DNA from: Octopus vulgaris
Lineage: Eukaryota
Direction of reading: 5' to 3'
Assembly: GCA_951406725.2 (NCBI GenBank)
Contig: OX597822.1
Coordinates: forward strand, 111,476,001 to 111,540,000
Length of the DNA: 64,000 nt
The translations under genes were made by a program, and so were the position numbers. Under the pieces are notes generated by a model. It was not told where the DNA came from. It saw nothing but the letters and a program-made list of their open reading frames with translations, and searched no databases. This document shows positions 52,576 to 64,000 of this stretch, piece after piece (the stretch's first letter is position 1; each line of letters starts with the position of its first letter).

Positions 52576-52578
<3 letters not shown>
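51811..52578 (+). repeat. Tandem pair of ~300 bp HHR-initiated units (cores 480 bp apart)
   Basis: 51811-~52115 aligns with 52291-~52578. Confidence 0.85.
52286..52356 (+). ncRNA. Type I HHR, canonical core
   Basis: ACCTG-CTGAAGA-AGAC...GTCT-GAAAC-CATTG-GTC-CAGGT. Confidence 0.85.
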
Positions 52579-52625
<47 letters not shown>

Positions 52626-52854
52626 TATATAAAATGGTTCAAACTTAGATATTTTTGACCTTTTTATAAACAATTTTCTAACCTTACACGCCTCTTTACC
52701 TCCCATTCCTGAAAAAAATTCTTCGTTCTTCTCCCTTGGTTGGGAAATCCCGGAGAATTCTTAATGAAAAGGCCAAGAAATCTAAATGTGAACCATTTTT
52801 TGATAACTCCGATAATGGTAGAAAGCGCTAAATATGTAAATAATATGTAAATAA

Positions 52855-52918
<64 letters not shown>

Positions 52919-53044
52919 TTATCCAACATTATAACTACCTATATTATTATATAGATATATAGATATTTCAAAATGTGACCTCGTTTGTACCGTTGGCGAT
53001 TTTTTTTCTCTGTCTTCCCTTCTCTGGATCTTTCCTTCTCCTAT

Positions 53045-53079
53045 GTTTCCGACGAAGAGCTCCGCTCGAAACGTTAAAC
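53045..53079 (+). ncRNA. Minimal HHR, family H, within terminus 52967-53178
   Basis: GTTT-CCGACGA-A-GAGC(TCC)GCTC-GAAAC-GTT-AAAC, identical to 47787-47821. Confidence 0.72.
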
Positions 53080-53174
53080 CATACTTCTTTCCTTCTTTCC
53101 TGAGCGTCCAATAATACTATATTTGTTCCACGTCCTCGCGTTGTTGTGTTTTTTATACTTTCTTGCTTGGATTA

Positions 53175-53216
<42 letters not shown>

Positions 53217-55015
53217 TATGTATATGCATATATAGTTATACCTAGATAGATAGAATGATAGATATATGTGCGTGTGTGCGTTTATGCAAATCTCTATAAA
53301 TTCCAAAGCACGTACAGCTATCCCTTTAAGAAAACAACTGTACACTAAAAGCTATAACATAAAGACAATGTGGTGCGAAATGTAAAAGATAATAAAAGAT
53401 AATCATGTCGAGAAATAAGACCGGTTGAAATTTAGACCAAATGATGTTCAGTATAAAATTTCAGGAATTGATATTACTTTCCTCATAAACATTTCGAAAA
53501 TGTCATGAACATTTAATAGTATATTAATTGTACCATTTCAGAGCGAAGAAGCTATATTTTGTGAAGAAACCAAATCTGTGAACTACACAACCCATAAATG
53601 ATTAATGACGGATATATATTTTTTGAACTGTTTTAATTTGTTAAAAACATTATTGAAGCAAGATCTTTGTCGCTAAAGGTGAACTTGTCACTATTGATAC
53701 ATATGTGCATATATGTTCGGGTGCACTCACGCTCGCACACACACACATATTAAATGAAAAGATATTATTAATGCAACAAATCATTTATAATGTTTTTAGT
53801 ATTAATATGCGCTCGATTTGGCGATTCTTATCGCTTATACATGTTCCACTTGATATTTTCCCCATGATTAGTACGTTGTATTTTTAGAATCTGGTGTATT
53901 TCGAGTATTAATCCGGTGCCTATCCATTCTACGCCCATTTGTGTCTTCTCGCCCGTAGAATATTTATATTTTCCTTTAGATATTACTAAAACTCTAATTA
54001 TGTCGCTGACAAACATTAATAGATTAGCGACATTCTGAAATGTTAAATTCAACAGAGTATAGAATAAAAATGCCTGAAGTTATACACATGCTTATACGCC
54101 ACCCCATACCACAATAAAGCTTTGTCACAGCCTTATTAATAGAGAGAGTTTGCAGAGCATAGTCCTACAAACCATTTTGGAAATACTTCTCTCTATCAGA
54201 GAAAATCTTGAATGAACTTTTAATCTTAACCTCCTCAACTCACTTCGTTTTCACTCGGAAGTTATGAAAATCCTCTTATAAAGATCAATATATCTTATAC
54301 CGAACGCAAAGCAATTGTTATTCAATGAAAGATACGATCTATGTCCTAAAATATGTTTGACACAACTCTTCAATTAACACGACTTTCATGGCATCATGTC
54401 TTTAAAAACTTCTTTCTCCATCGCGTCCTCCATTCACACACAACTTTAAAAAATACGTTTTTAAATACCTACGCACATTAAACAAAATATCATACTTTAA
54501 CTTTCACCTAAGATATCTATGCTGTATCAATTATTTATAATGGCTTCGGTTATTTTCTTTCAAACCAAATGTGACAACCATTCAATTTATATTATAACCA
54601 AAAGAGTTTAGCAACATAATACCTATATCACATTTCATAGATTAGAAAACCGATGCCAAAATAATATATTAGGTATATTCTAGTCACAGAAAGCTGTGAA
54701 ACTTTGTATAGTGCAATTTCTTTTGGAATATACTCGTGCGTAAGAAATGAGTAACAGGAACGAAATAAAATTATAGATAAAAAAAGTCCTAACAGAATAG
54801 AAAAGGTTGTATATTCCGGCAAATACCCAACTGCACCCAAGATATCGTTATGAAGGGCTATCTGATAAGTATTCAAAAGTAATCAAAATATACAGGCCTC
54901 AGATTAATAACACTAATGTGATGGTTGAGAACAAGAGCAATTCTTGTAATATTTGGTGGCTTAGGAATGAGGAGAAACGATGTAAACGGAGACTTTCATC
55001 TGCACAAAAAAGAAG

Positions 55016-55052
<37 letters not shown>

Positions 55053-55059
55053 GTATATA

Positions 55060-57545
55060 CTAGCTGACGTACCCGGTAATTCCCGGAAAAGTGGGGTTTA
55101 TCCCTTGGTATCGTTCTCATAATTGTTTCGCTAATCCAATAACAACAATAAAAATATGTAGCCCTAAAAACGGCTTTTGTGCATTTACAGGAAATACCGA
55201 ACTGTCTTACATACGATCTTGTTTTTGGGAATTCCCATTAAGTTATGAATAAACATGAAATTAGTTACCCGATAGTAAGAAATCAAATAATGTAGCCCCG
55301 AAAGAGGCTTTAATGCGTTCCCAGAGAATATTATCCTCAGGGGCGCTAGTGTTGAAATAGATTTACAATGAATATAGAAACAGACTGACATTTAGTTTTA
55401 CTGTAGACATTCAAATAAATTTGCATGTAGATTTAAAAATAAAATAACATGGAGATTATCAATACATTTACAACACTTACAGTTAAATAATAAATACCTG
55501 AATCATATTAAGTTTGCGGAGGTTCTTGATAAACATCTTTGGTTTTGTTTCCATGTGGGACATGAATAAACACGTGATTACGTTAACCGACTCTTGGGCA
55601 TACCACATAAAGTTGGACATGGGAGGAAATTGGTTCCGCAAGATTCAGACCTACCACGTTCAAGGACTGACCCTGGGCCTTGTTAATGCTCATTGCGATG
55701 CTCAGTTTCAACGGGAATTGAAGACGCTTGCACGGAAAGGCATATCCGAGGGAAGAAATGCAATTCTAGGAATGAATACAGGCTCACTGCTTGATGTGCC
55801 GGTCAAAATTGTTGTCTCCAAGACTTGGAATCATCTTCTGTATTATATGTTGTGTGTCATTGCAAAGCTTTGGTGGATTGAGGTTTCGGAGCGGCATAAC
55901 TGGTGCACCAATCTTGAAGTGTAAGTTGTAAAGTGCGGAGGGCAGGTGGTGGTAGACTATTCAAGACTTCATCTGGATAATTCACTGCTTCATATGTGTT
56001 GAGTACAGCGTCAATGGAATTGTAGATGTGACGCTCACCTGGCAACAGTTCCAGAAGCTTAAAGTTCAAATGAGCAAACTGCCACATTCTTTGGAGCTAA
56101 AATGGCACGGGTTTTCAGCCAGTTGCAGTCTGTAAACTGATTCCGCAGGTTAGGAAACATCTTATTCATTACCTCCTCTAAATAAGATACCATATGTCCA
56201 AAAGCAAGCTTGACCTGCCATCCTTCTCGCCAACCGAAGTGTCATTACCGACGTCCAACATATGCTTTTAGACGGTTCTGGCTGCATCATAACCAATGAG
56301 GTGCACTCTCATGCTGGTTGTGAGTCTTAACTTTTGCACATTGCTCCATAGGTAGGACTACTTTATGCTAGCATTTACTTCCTCAGCTCTTGTCCCCTTT
56401 GGAACCACGGGAAAGGTTTGTCTAAAACTCCTGCAAGCAAGTGTGTCACACCTCCCATGAGCGTAGTGTTGTGTCTCAGATCTTGAAGGGCCATGTCAAG
56501 AGCTTCAGAGGAAACCTTATGGCTCATTGTTGCTTCATCCCAGATGATCAACTTGCATTCACCAAGAAGTTTACCTTTTATACAACCACAACTGATGGGA
56601 GTTTGAAACAGGAATGAACAATTTGGTCACCACTTAGCAGAGTTTTAGCTATTCCACTTGACGCCACTGCTATGGCTACGTCTTTCATTTGGTGCAGAAG
56701 GTTGATGACAAATGTTTTGCCAGTTCCACCTGGAGCATCCAGAAAGAAAGGACCTCCTCTTTCATTTTCAGTGCTCGAAATAGTGGTGTTATAACAACCC
56801 AGTTGGTCCTCAATCGGTCTGTTATTTATCAGCTATATACACCGTCATTTACTCGATGTGATTGTTGATATCACGCAAGTACTCAAATCCGAGATTGTTT
56901 ACAGCCTGCTCCGGTTGAAGTAGACCAAATGTGAAATGGCCTTCACCTCCCATATTTTGCACTCGACTGTGTAGGTCAAGTAATGCCTCATTGTAAATGG
57001 CGTTATTTAACTCGGTAATTTCTGATGACGTTTGCATGTGAAACCTGTGTAGGATTTCTTCTGCCATGCTGGTTTTGTGGGTCACCGAAAGCTTGAGAGG
57101 TTCATGCAATCCACATGTAATCAACATGATAGAAAATGGGTTGCGCAGTTGACTTAGTACTGGTCTGACTACTGCCTCCTCCAGTGTCTGGTCCCAGTGA
57201 GCATCGTCCTCCAGTAATTCGAAAGCCTGTGAATTCTGACAGTGTGCAGCAGTAGATGCAGAAAGAAGCACTCATGCTGATTAGGATGCACATTGTATAC
57301 CCGCACGTCGGCCCCACTTCTGAAAACAGCATCTCCTTGCCAGCCCTCAACACGTGCGACTTGCTTTCGTCTGTTCCATCTAATGTTTGCGGAGACTTCT
57401 ACATACAACAGTGTTTGGGTAAACAGATTACATTGCCATAATTTGAGGAAAGCTGTCAAAGTGATTTCTGGTTAATTCAGAACTAAAGTTTCGAACATTG
57501 TCTTCTGTGAAATATACACGCTGGCCATTTTCAAGATGTACATAT
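55060..57545 (-). mobile_element. Decayed Helitron (Rep C-terminal region, PIF1-like helicase, 3' end)
   Basis: HLENGQRVYF, FFLDAPGGTGKTFVIN, AVASSGIA, LIIWDEATM, AILAPKN, LRNLNPPKLCN, AMSINKAQGQS; 3' hairpin CCGG..CCGG followed by CTAG|T at 55060. Confidence 0.93.
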
Positions 57546-57629
57546 AGATTTAAAGAAAGTTTTCCCACATGTAAACAGGGTGCGACCTTGATGATGACAG
57601 TGCATTTGTCAGGAAATCACATGTTTACC

Positions 57630-57762
57630 ACCTAAGTTGACTGGAGCAACATAAAATAGATTGTTTTGCCCAAGAAAACAATGCATCGCTCGGTCCAGGA
57701 ATCAGAACCACAATCCTACGATCAAGAGTGCAACACCCTAACCACTAAGACACGCGCCTCCA
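57630..57762 (-). mobile_element. Old SINE 5' fragment (family E-related)
   Basis: ACTGGAGCAAC..TTGCCCAAGAA..CCCTAACCACTAAG. Confidence 0.65.
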
Positions 57763-58979
57763 CAACGGTTTTGTTATGGCAACACGGTAATCAGACGAAG
57801 AGTTTTGAAAGGCAAACACATCATGTCATGGAGAAAATAAAATTTACACCAAATTGTACAACCTAATAAATGTCAATCATACCACTCAGATATCTAGGTG
57901 TGATTTCACTACAAAACAAAATCTCTCGGCTTACCAAACTTTCAAATATTACGTCACTGGACATCTTCTTCAAATTCAATTTTCATTTGAGATTCTATAT
58001 ACAGAAGTTGATGTTTTATTTTCGGGGTATAATATTAATCAATCATATAATTTTATATAAGAATAACCCTGTGCAGAAGACAAAGGAGAAACTATAATTT
58101 CACAACGAATTAAGTATACACGATAGATAAAAAGAAGTCATATGCGCTAATGGTATCATTAGGATTGTCGCAATGGGATAGATAAATTTAGCAGTATGCA
58201 AGTGTTAAAAAAAGAAGTCCTTTTCATTTAACGTTCAATAATTTTCATGCATGTTTACAAAATGCATTGGATTCTATTACATATGGATAAATGCATGATT
58301 AATTAGCAATAGGCATAATTTCACTCACAGCAACATTTCATGTTCTAGTCTATAGGCATACAGACAACTCTCTCATGTGTTTTTCTAGTGCACAAACGGC
58401 TCCTGCGCCAAAGCGTAGAGTAGTACAGCACTTCACCTAGAACAAACATTTATTGCACAAGAACTAGGCCAGAATTTTGGGTATTTGTGTGAAGAAAATG
58501 CGGTCGATTATATTGCCGCCAGTCTATGATTTATTTCTGCCTTTTATTGTCGACGTGAGATATGATGAAAATCAAAGTTGATTTGCGTGGCATCTCAAGG
58601 TAAAGTTCTGGAACAATTAGCATAACGTATTACTTCAACACTAATGATTTAAGATTATGACAGTTATGATGTTAACGAAGACGATGACGACGACGATGAC
58701 GATGATGATGGTGATGATGGTGGTTTAGTGGCAGTGGTTGTGATGGTGGTGATTGTCTTCCCGGGGGAAATGTTGGTGATGACGGTTGCTATAATCATAA
58801 TAATTTTACAAAATTCAGTAAAATGACTACAAAAATTTCTCCCTTGAAGATCTCTTTCCCTAGGATATGAATTTGCAGGTAATTTACATTACAAGATACA
58901 CCCACACACCACACATAGACACAGACTCGCACACATACGCACATACACACATATGTATATGCATTCATGCATACATATA

Positions 58980-59101
<122 letters not shown>

Positions 59102-59934
59102 TATATATATATGAAAAACCTAAATAACTACTCTATATTAATTGTGCACCGATATTTATCAGAAAGGGTAATTAGAAATTTAAAACAAATTAACTAATGT
59201 TGGATTTTGAATTATTAAAATGATTCACTGGTGTGCTTTAATATTTTGCTATTCAGTTTGAAATTTATATTCGTTTGAATGAATAACAACTGGATACCCG
59301 AGCGCTGAAATCAGTTTCCATTCAAACTAAATGAACAAACTTTAATTTCTGAATGATTTTGTGTTGATTCAGTGAAACAATATTCAATATATTCACTCAA
59401 GCTTCTCATTCAACCGATTATCATATGAAAAGGAGTTTCACTTTCGAACAAAATTTATGTCCGTACTTGGTAATACTCAGCAATCATAATTGGCATTGAT
59501 TTCTTCATATTACGATTGGAAAAAAAATGGAATTTCTGTTTTTACTTTGTTAGTCCTAATTACAAAATAAAAAGAAATTAAATATCTCTTGAGCAAGTAT
59601 TTGAAGTTGAAAATTATTGTTAGAATTTTGCGTCATACCGAAACAAAGCAAACATCTAATCGTCTTTTATTTGAGGACATTGGCAATAGGAATAACGACA
59701 ACTAAGGGGATGCGGCATCTGCTGCCAACAATTATGAATGTAGGGTGATGAAGATAAGGATGATTATATGATGAGATGAGGAAGGTGATGGTGACAACGA
59801 TGAAGATAATGATAATGGTGATGATGATGATGATAGTGATAAGGATGATCAAACAGATGTAGAAATAAATCAAGGGGTATGCTGATCGGGTATATGTAGA
59901 TAGTAGAATATCAAATGTGGTACGAGTAAGAAAG

Positions 59935-60600
59935 AAAAATCTAGTTGTTAAATGGAAAGATTACGGGAAGGCTGATATCAATATCCCACGCAAATTTTAG
60001 CCGTTCAGGAACAAGAAATCAGAACAAATTTGATGAAGACAAAGATCAACAAAATCCAATCGGCAAATCTAGTATCTGCTGCAAAGCACCTTTTTAGTGG
60101 ATGCAGTATGCTCACGCAAAAGGATCAAAATCTGACGCGTGACCGATTAGGCAAAAGAGTACATCAGGAGGTTAGCCGAATATCTGGATTTCAAATAACA
60201 GACAAGTATGAACACTTAGAGGCTGTGATAGAAAATTGCAATTACAAGATACTGGGGACGTCCCTATAAGGATTGACCATGCTATTGTGTTATTAGAGGA
60301 TAGAAAATAAACAGTGTAAGGTCATAAACTTTGCAATTCCCTTTGATGTCTGTGTGGATACCAAAGAAGCTGAAACTATTGAAAAATACCAGGATTTAAA
60401 CAGAGGACTTAGAAGACTATGGAGGACTGATACAACGTTTTGTTCCACTGCGGTAATTGGAGCATATGGTGCACCACCCAAATGCTACCTAGAAGACTGA
60501 AAGAGGATGAAAGTAAAAGACGCTTTTTCCACCTGCAGAAAAAGTATCAACTTATATTCTATAAGAATCCAAAGGGAGATTCATGCGATTTGAGATCTGG
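59935..60600 (+). mobile_element. Decayed R4/Dong-like non-LTR element 3' part (zinc knuckle plus restriction-like endonuclease)
   Basis: AVQEQEIRTN, HLFSGCSML, VIENCNYKIL, INFAIPFD..KEAETIEKYQDL..LRRLW, VIGAYG. Confidence 0.75.
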
Positions 60601-60685
60601 TGTCATCAAACCTTAAGATAAAATACCTGCTAACTTAATTTGCATGCACTAGCGTCGGCATCGTGTTTGTCGCCGTTGCCGTCGT

Positions 60686-60763
60686 CATAGTAGTAGTGTT
60701 GGTGGTAGTATTAGTATTAGTATTAGTAGTAGTAATAGTTGTAATAACTACAGTAGCAAGATC

Positions 60764-60834
<71 letters not shown>

Positions 60835-60950
60835 TGATGATGATGATAGTAGTAATAATAAAAAAAGTACAAGAGGAAGAGAATGAAGAAGACAGAGAAG
60901 AAGAGGAAGAAGGGGAGAAGGAGCCGAGGGTGGAGAGGAGGAGTAGGAAG
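60686..60950. repeat. Compound trinucleotide array (TAG)n/(TAA)n/(TGA)n/(GAA)n
   Basis: Visible directly; long (TAA)n at ~60765-60830. Confidence 0.9.
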
Positions 60951-61497
60951 TGAAACTAAATTTTTTATCTCATTTTAAACCCAGGCTGCATACTTTAGCT
61001 TTTTGGGCTTTCATTTTTGGCTTCAGATAACAACTCTAATAGATGTAAACCTTTTATTTTCCCTTAAGCATGTAGTGTTAGATTTTCTCTATATTTAATT
61101 CTCAAATGGTGGATATTGGTTAAATGACACAAATGTTTCTTGATATTACGAGAAAGCGAAGTGCCATAACATTATAATTTCCATGGAAGTGACTTGATGC
61201 CCATGGGGGATCGAATTAAAATTTTATATGCATTTCTCTGGGAGATTTCCTCTTACTTTATTAAGTTCGTTCACAACCTGTCAATTTCGAATATTGAAAC
61301 ATTTTGACATTTCTAACTTTTCTTTTGCGTCATGCAAATTAGGAAACGTTATCTAAACTCAGCATCATATTTGCATCTAATTCTGCATAATAAAGTATCT
61401 CCTCAAGAGACTTTCGAAATATATAAACCCAAATTTTAAAGAAAAATATTACTGGATAACGCTTATAAATAGCTATTGATCATGGCATATATAAACT

Positions 61498-62050
61498 TAC
61501 GAGGGCTGTGCCAAAAGTAATGTACAGGTGCACCTAACTGTTACAATAAATGGCACGGAAATTCAATTTTCACATGTTGGTTGAGTAACTATGATGCCGC
61601 TAAAGAACGGTTCCATTCAACATACTCTCCTTCATAAGGGTAATTTGGGCCATCGTTGAACTTAACTATTGATTTCGAGGTTTGCACTATCATAGTCGCT
61701 TTGCCAAATGAATCACCCTCATCTGCACCATCAATCAGTGGTCCTCGAACACCTCCCTTCAGCCAACCTAACAGGTGGAAGTCGAAGAGCGTCAGGTTAT
61801 CGGTTGATTGGGACACTGACCACCCTCGTACATGTCCGAAGATGTGAATAAGGATCGATTTCGATTTCAGGTTCTTCACACCTTTGCTTCTGAAGACTTC
61901 GATAAGAATTTTTAGTGTTTCAGTGTTCAACTCACTGTTCGAAGTAGGGTCACGTACCACAAAATCACGAAGAGGTTTGGTGACATAGTCATCATTCAAA
62001 ACTGGCATGCTGATTTCACAGTCGATTGCATTTCATCGAGTATAAATTAG
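61498..62050 (-). mobile_element. Decayed mariner 3' end
   Basis: TA|CGAGGGCTG TIR-like end; NLTLFDFHLLGWLKGGVRG (cf. DLAPSDFHLFGPLK) and GEYVE. Confidence 0.7.
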
Positions 62051-62506
62051 GTGACGTTTTGTATACTAATATATGCTTATGTTCTAAATACCAATTACCC
62101 AAAAAGTGCTAAGAGGTGCATTTGGCTGCACTCAAACACAACTTGTGAAATGTTTAAATGGAAACATGCGTGGAGAACCATCATTAAAACTATGCAGTAG
62201 TCCACCGTATATTATTACCTATCATCATATATCGGTTTAATTACTGCGTATGTTTTACTCTACAATTTTCAAAAACATTTTCATAGAAAGATTTGTCAAT
62301 TACGTAAATAAGAATATGACATATATGTAAATGTATGTGTATAGATGTTCATATATGTGCATATACTTGCCGTCTATCTATCAATTTATATATAGATATG
62401 TGTGTGCGTATTTTAATGTGCGTATGCATATATATATATATATATATATATAAACACACACATATATACATAAATATATGTATATATATATATATACATA
62501 TATACG

Positions 62507-62554
<48 letters not shown>

Positions 62555-62604
62555 CATACATATATACATACATACACAATGCATAAATATATAACTACAT
62601 GGAA

Positions 62605-62722
<118 letters not shown>

Positions 62723-63768
62723 CTGATAACCATTATGGCTAATAGTATTACGCATTTTAGTAGCAGCGTGAGCGTTGGAAAACGATTTGTATTGAAGTGG
62801 ATTATCCAGAAAATTTCTGAATTCCACGAAAAAAAAATTATTGATTTCTCTAACGTTCCAGAAGACAGTCATTCCATTAAATATGTCATATCATATGTAA
62901 TGTTATCCGAAACTCTAGCCAAAAATATATCAACCAATACCTAGTTTTCGTAATCTGGTATACGTTACTGTCCAAACAGTTGGCATATTACTGATAAAAA
63001 TGCCAAGTTCCGTCATGAAAGCACCATCGAAGGACCTATCGTAGATTCAAAATCCCTTCGATAAATATTCTAATAGATGATATTTAAACTTAATCTCTCA
63101 ATCTCAGTTTATCCTTGGCTTGGCAAAGAATGTGAGCAAGTTCGACCGATTTCTAAATCAATATGAATATCTAGAGACATTACATCTACTTATAAAACAC
63201 GTCAAATCAATGGTTACACCAACTGGCTAAAAACTAGTGTTCTGATGCTAAGATCATTACTGCTCTCCGCGGTTAATTGATTCACGTTAATTGGATTGTG
63301 TGCTTAAGTAAATAGGTACAATAAAGAAATATGCATGTGCTGATGACGTATAAATGTACAGCTATATCACGATAAGTAATATTGATACGACTGATTGCTG
63401 AATTTACATGTACATGTTCTGATTTGAATGAATGATGTTCTCAATAATCCCTACTAAATCCAAAAGAAGCCAAGCAATAAGGCGAGTAGTGCAGGTAATA
63501 ACTTCACATGTGAGGAATATCGTTTAAATATTCCTCGAGTTACTACAATCATGAGAATTAATAGTTTGCGCAATATCGTTCAGGCTGTATTATATGCCCA
63601 CAATTGTGATAGTGAGTAAGTATTTTCATATGATGATAAACAAGTCATAAAGAAGAATATCATGCAAATAAATGCGACCGTTTTAGAAATACCATACATC
63701 ATTCGTTTGTCTTCTACGTATTGTGCCATGCATTAATATACAGTGTATTGTTTTGTGTATTCTTGTAG

Positions 63769-63878
63769 CAACCACCCTGAAGATCCTACTACATATTGAC
63801 AATTTGAAGTTCATTGTACCAGAAAGTAAGGAAGAAAATTGATATATTCTGGTTGGACAGGATGCAAATCATTTGTAG
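63769..63878 (+). other. Candidate spliced exon (UTR/non-coding, or shorter coding exon using the donor at 63826)
   Basis: TTTTGTGTATTCTTGTAG acceptor and AG|GTGAGT donor in non-repetitive sequence; stops in all three frames of the 110 nt form. Confidence 0.25.
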
Positions 63879-63955
63879 GTGAGTCTATAAGTATGAATGT
63901 AGTTATACATCCATCCGTCCGTTTGTCTGTCTGTCTGTCTCTCTCTGTATCTGTC

Positions 63956-64000
<45 letters not shown>

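Overview
AT-rich eukaryotic intergenic or intronic DNA with no intact protein-coding gene. The SINE and microsatellite content resembles an octopus/cephalopod genome (inference). Most predicted ORFs are microsatellite artefacts. The window is a patchwork of tRNA-headed SINE families and decayed transposons: RTE and R4/Dong-like LINEs, Chapaev3, Helitron, mariner/Tc1, piggyBac-like, Penelope-like elements (PLEs) and a probable Maverick/Polinton capsid fossil. The main signal is a dense set of minimal type I hammerhead ribozyme (HHR) motifs, more than a dozen intact or decayed copies from several sequence families. Most lie about 30-120 nt upstream of a (TA)n tract, and some are attached to PLE RT or GIY-YIG remnants. 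They include a tRNA-headed SINE carrying an HHR, a tandem retrozyme-like dimer, and several inverted head-to-head (tails-out) dimers, one bracketed by a single target-site duplication. All calls are by-eye motif recognition; no database search was run.
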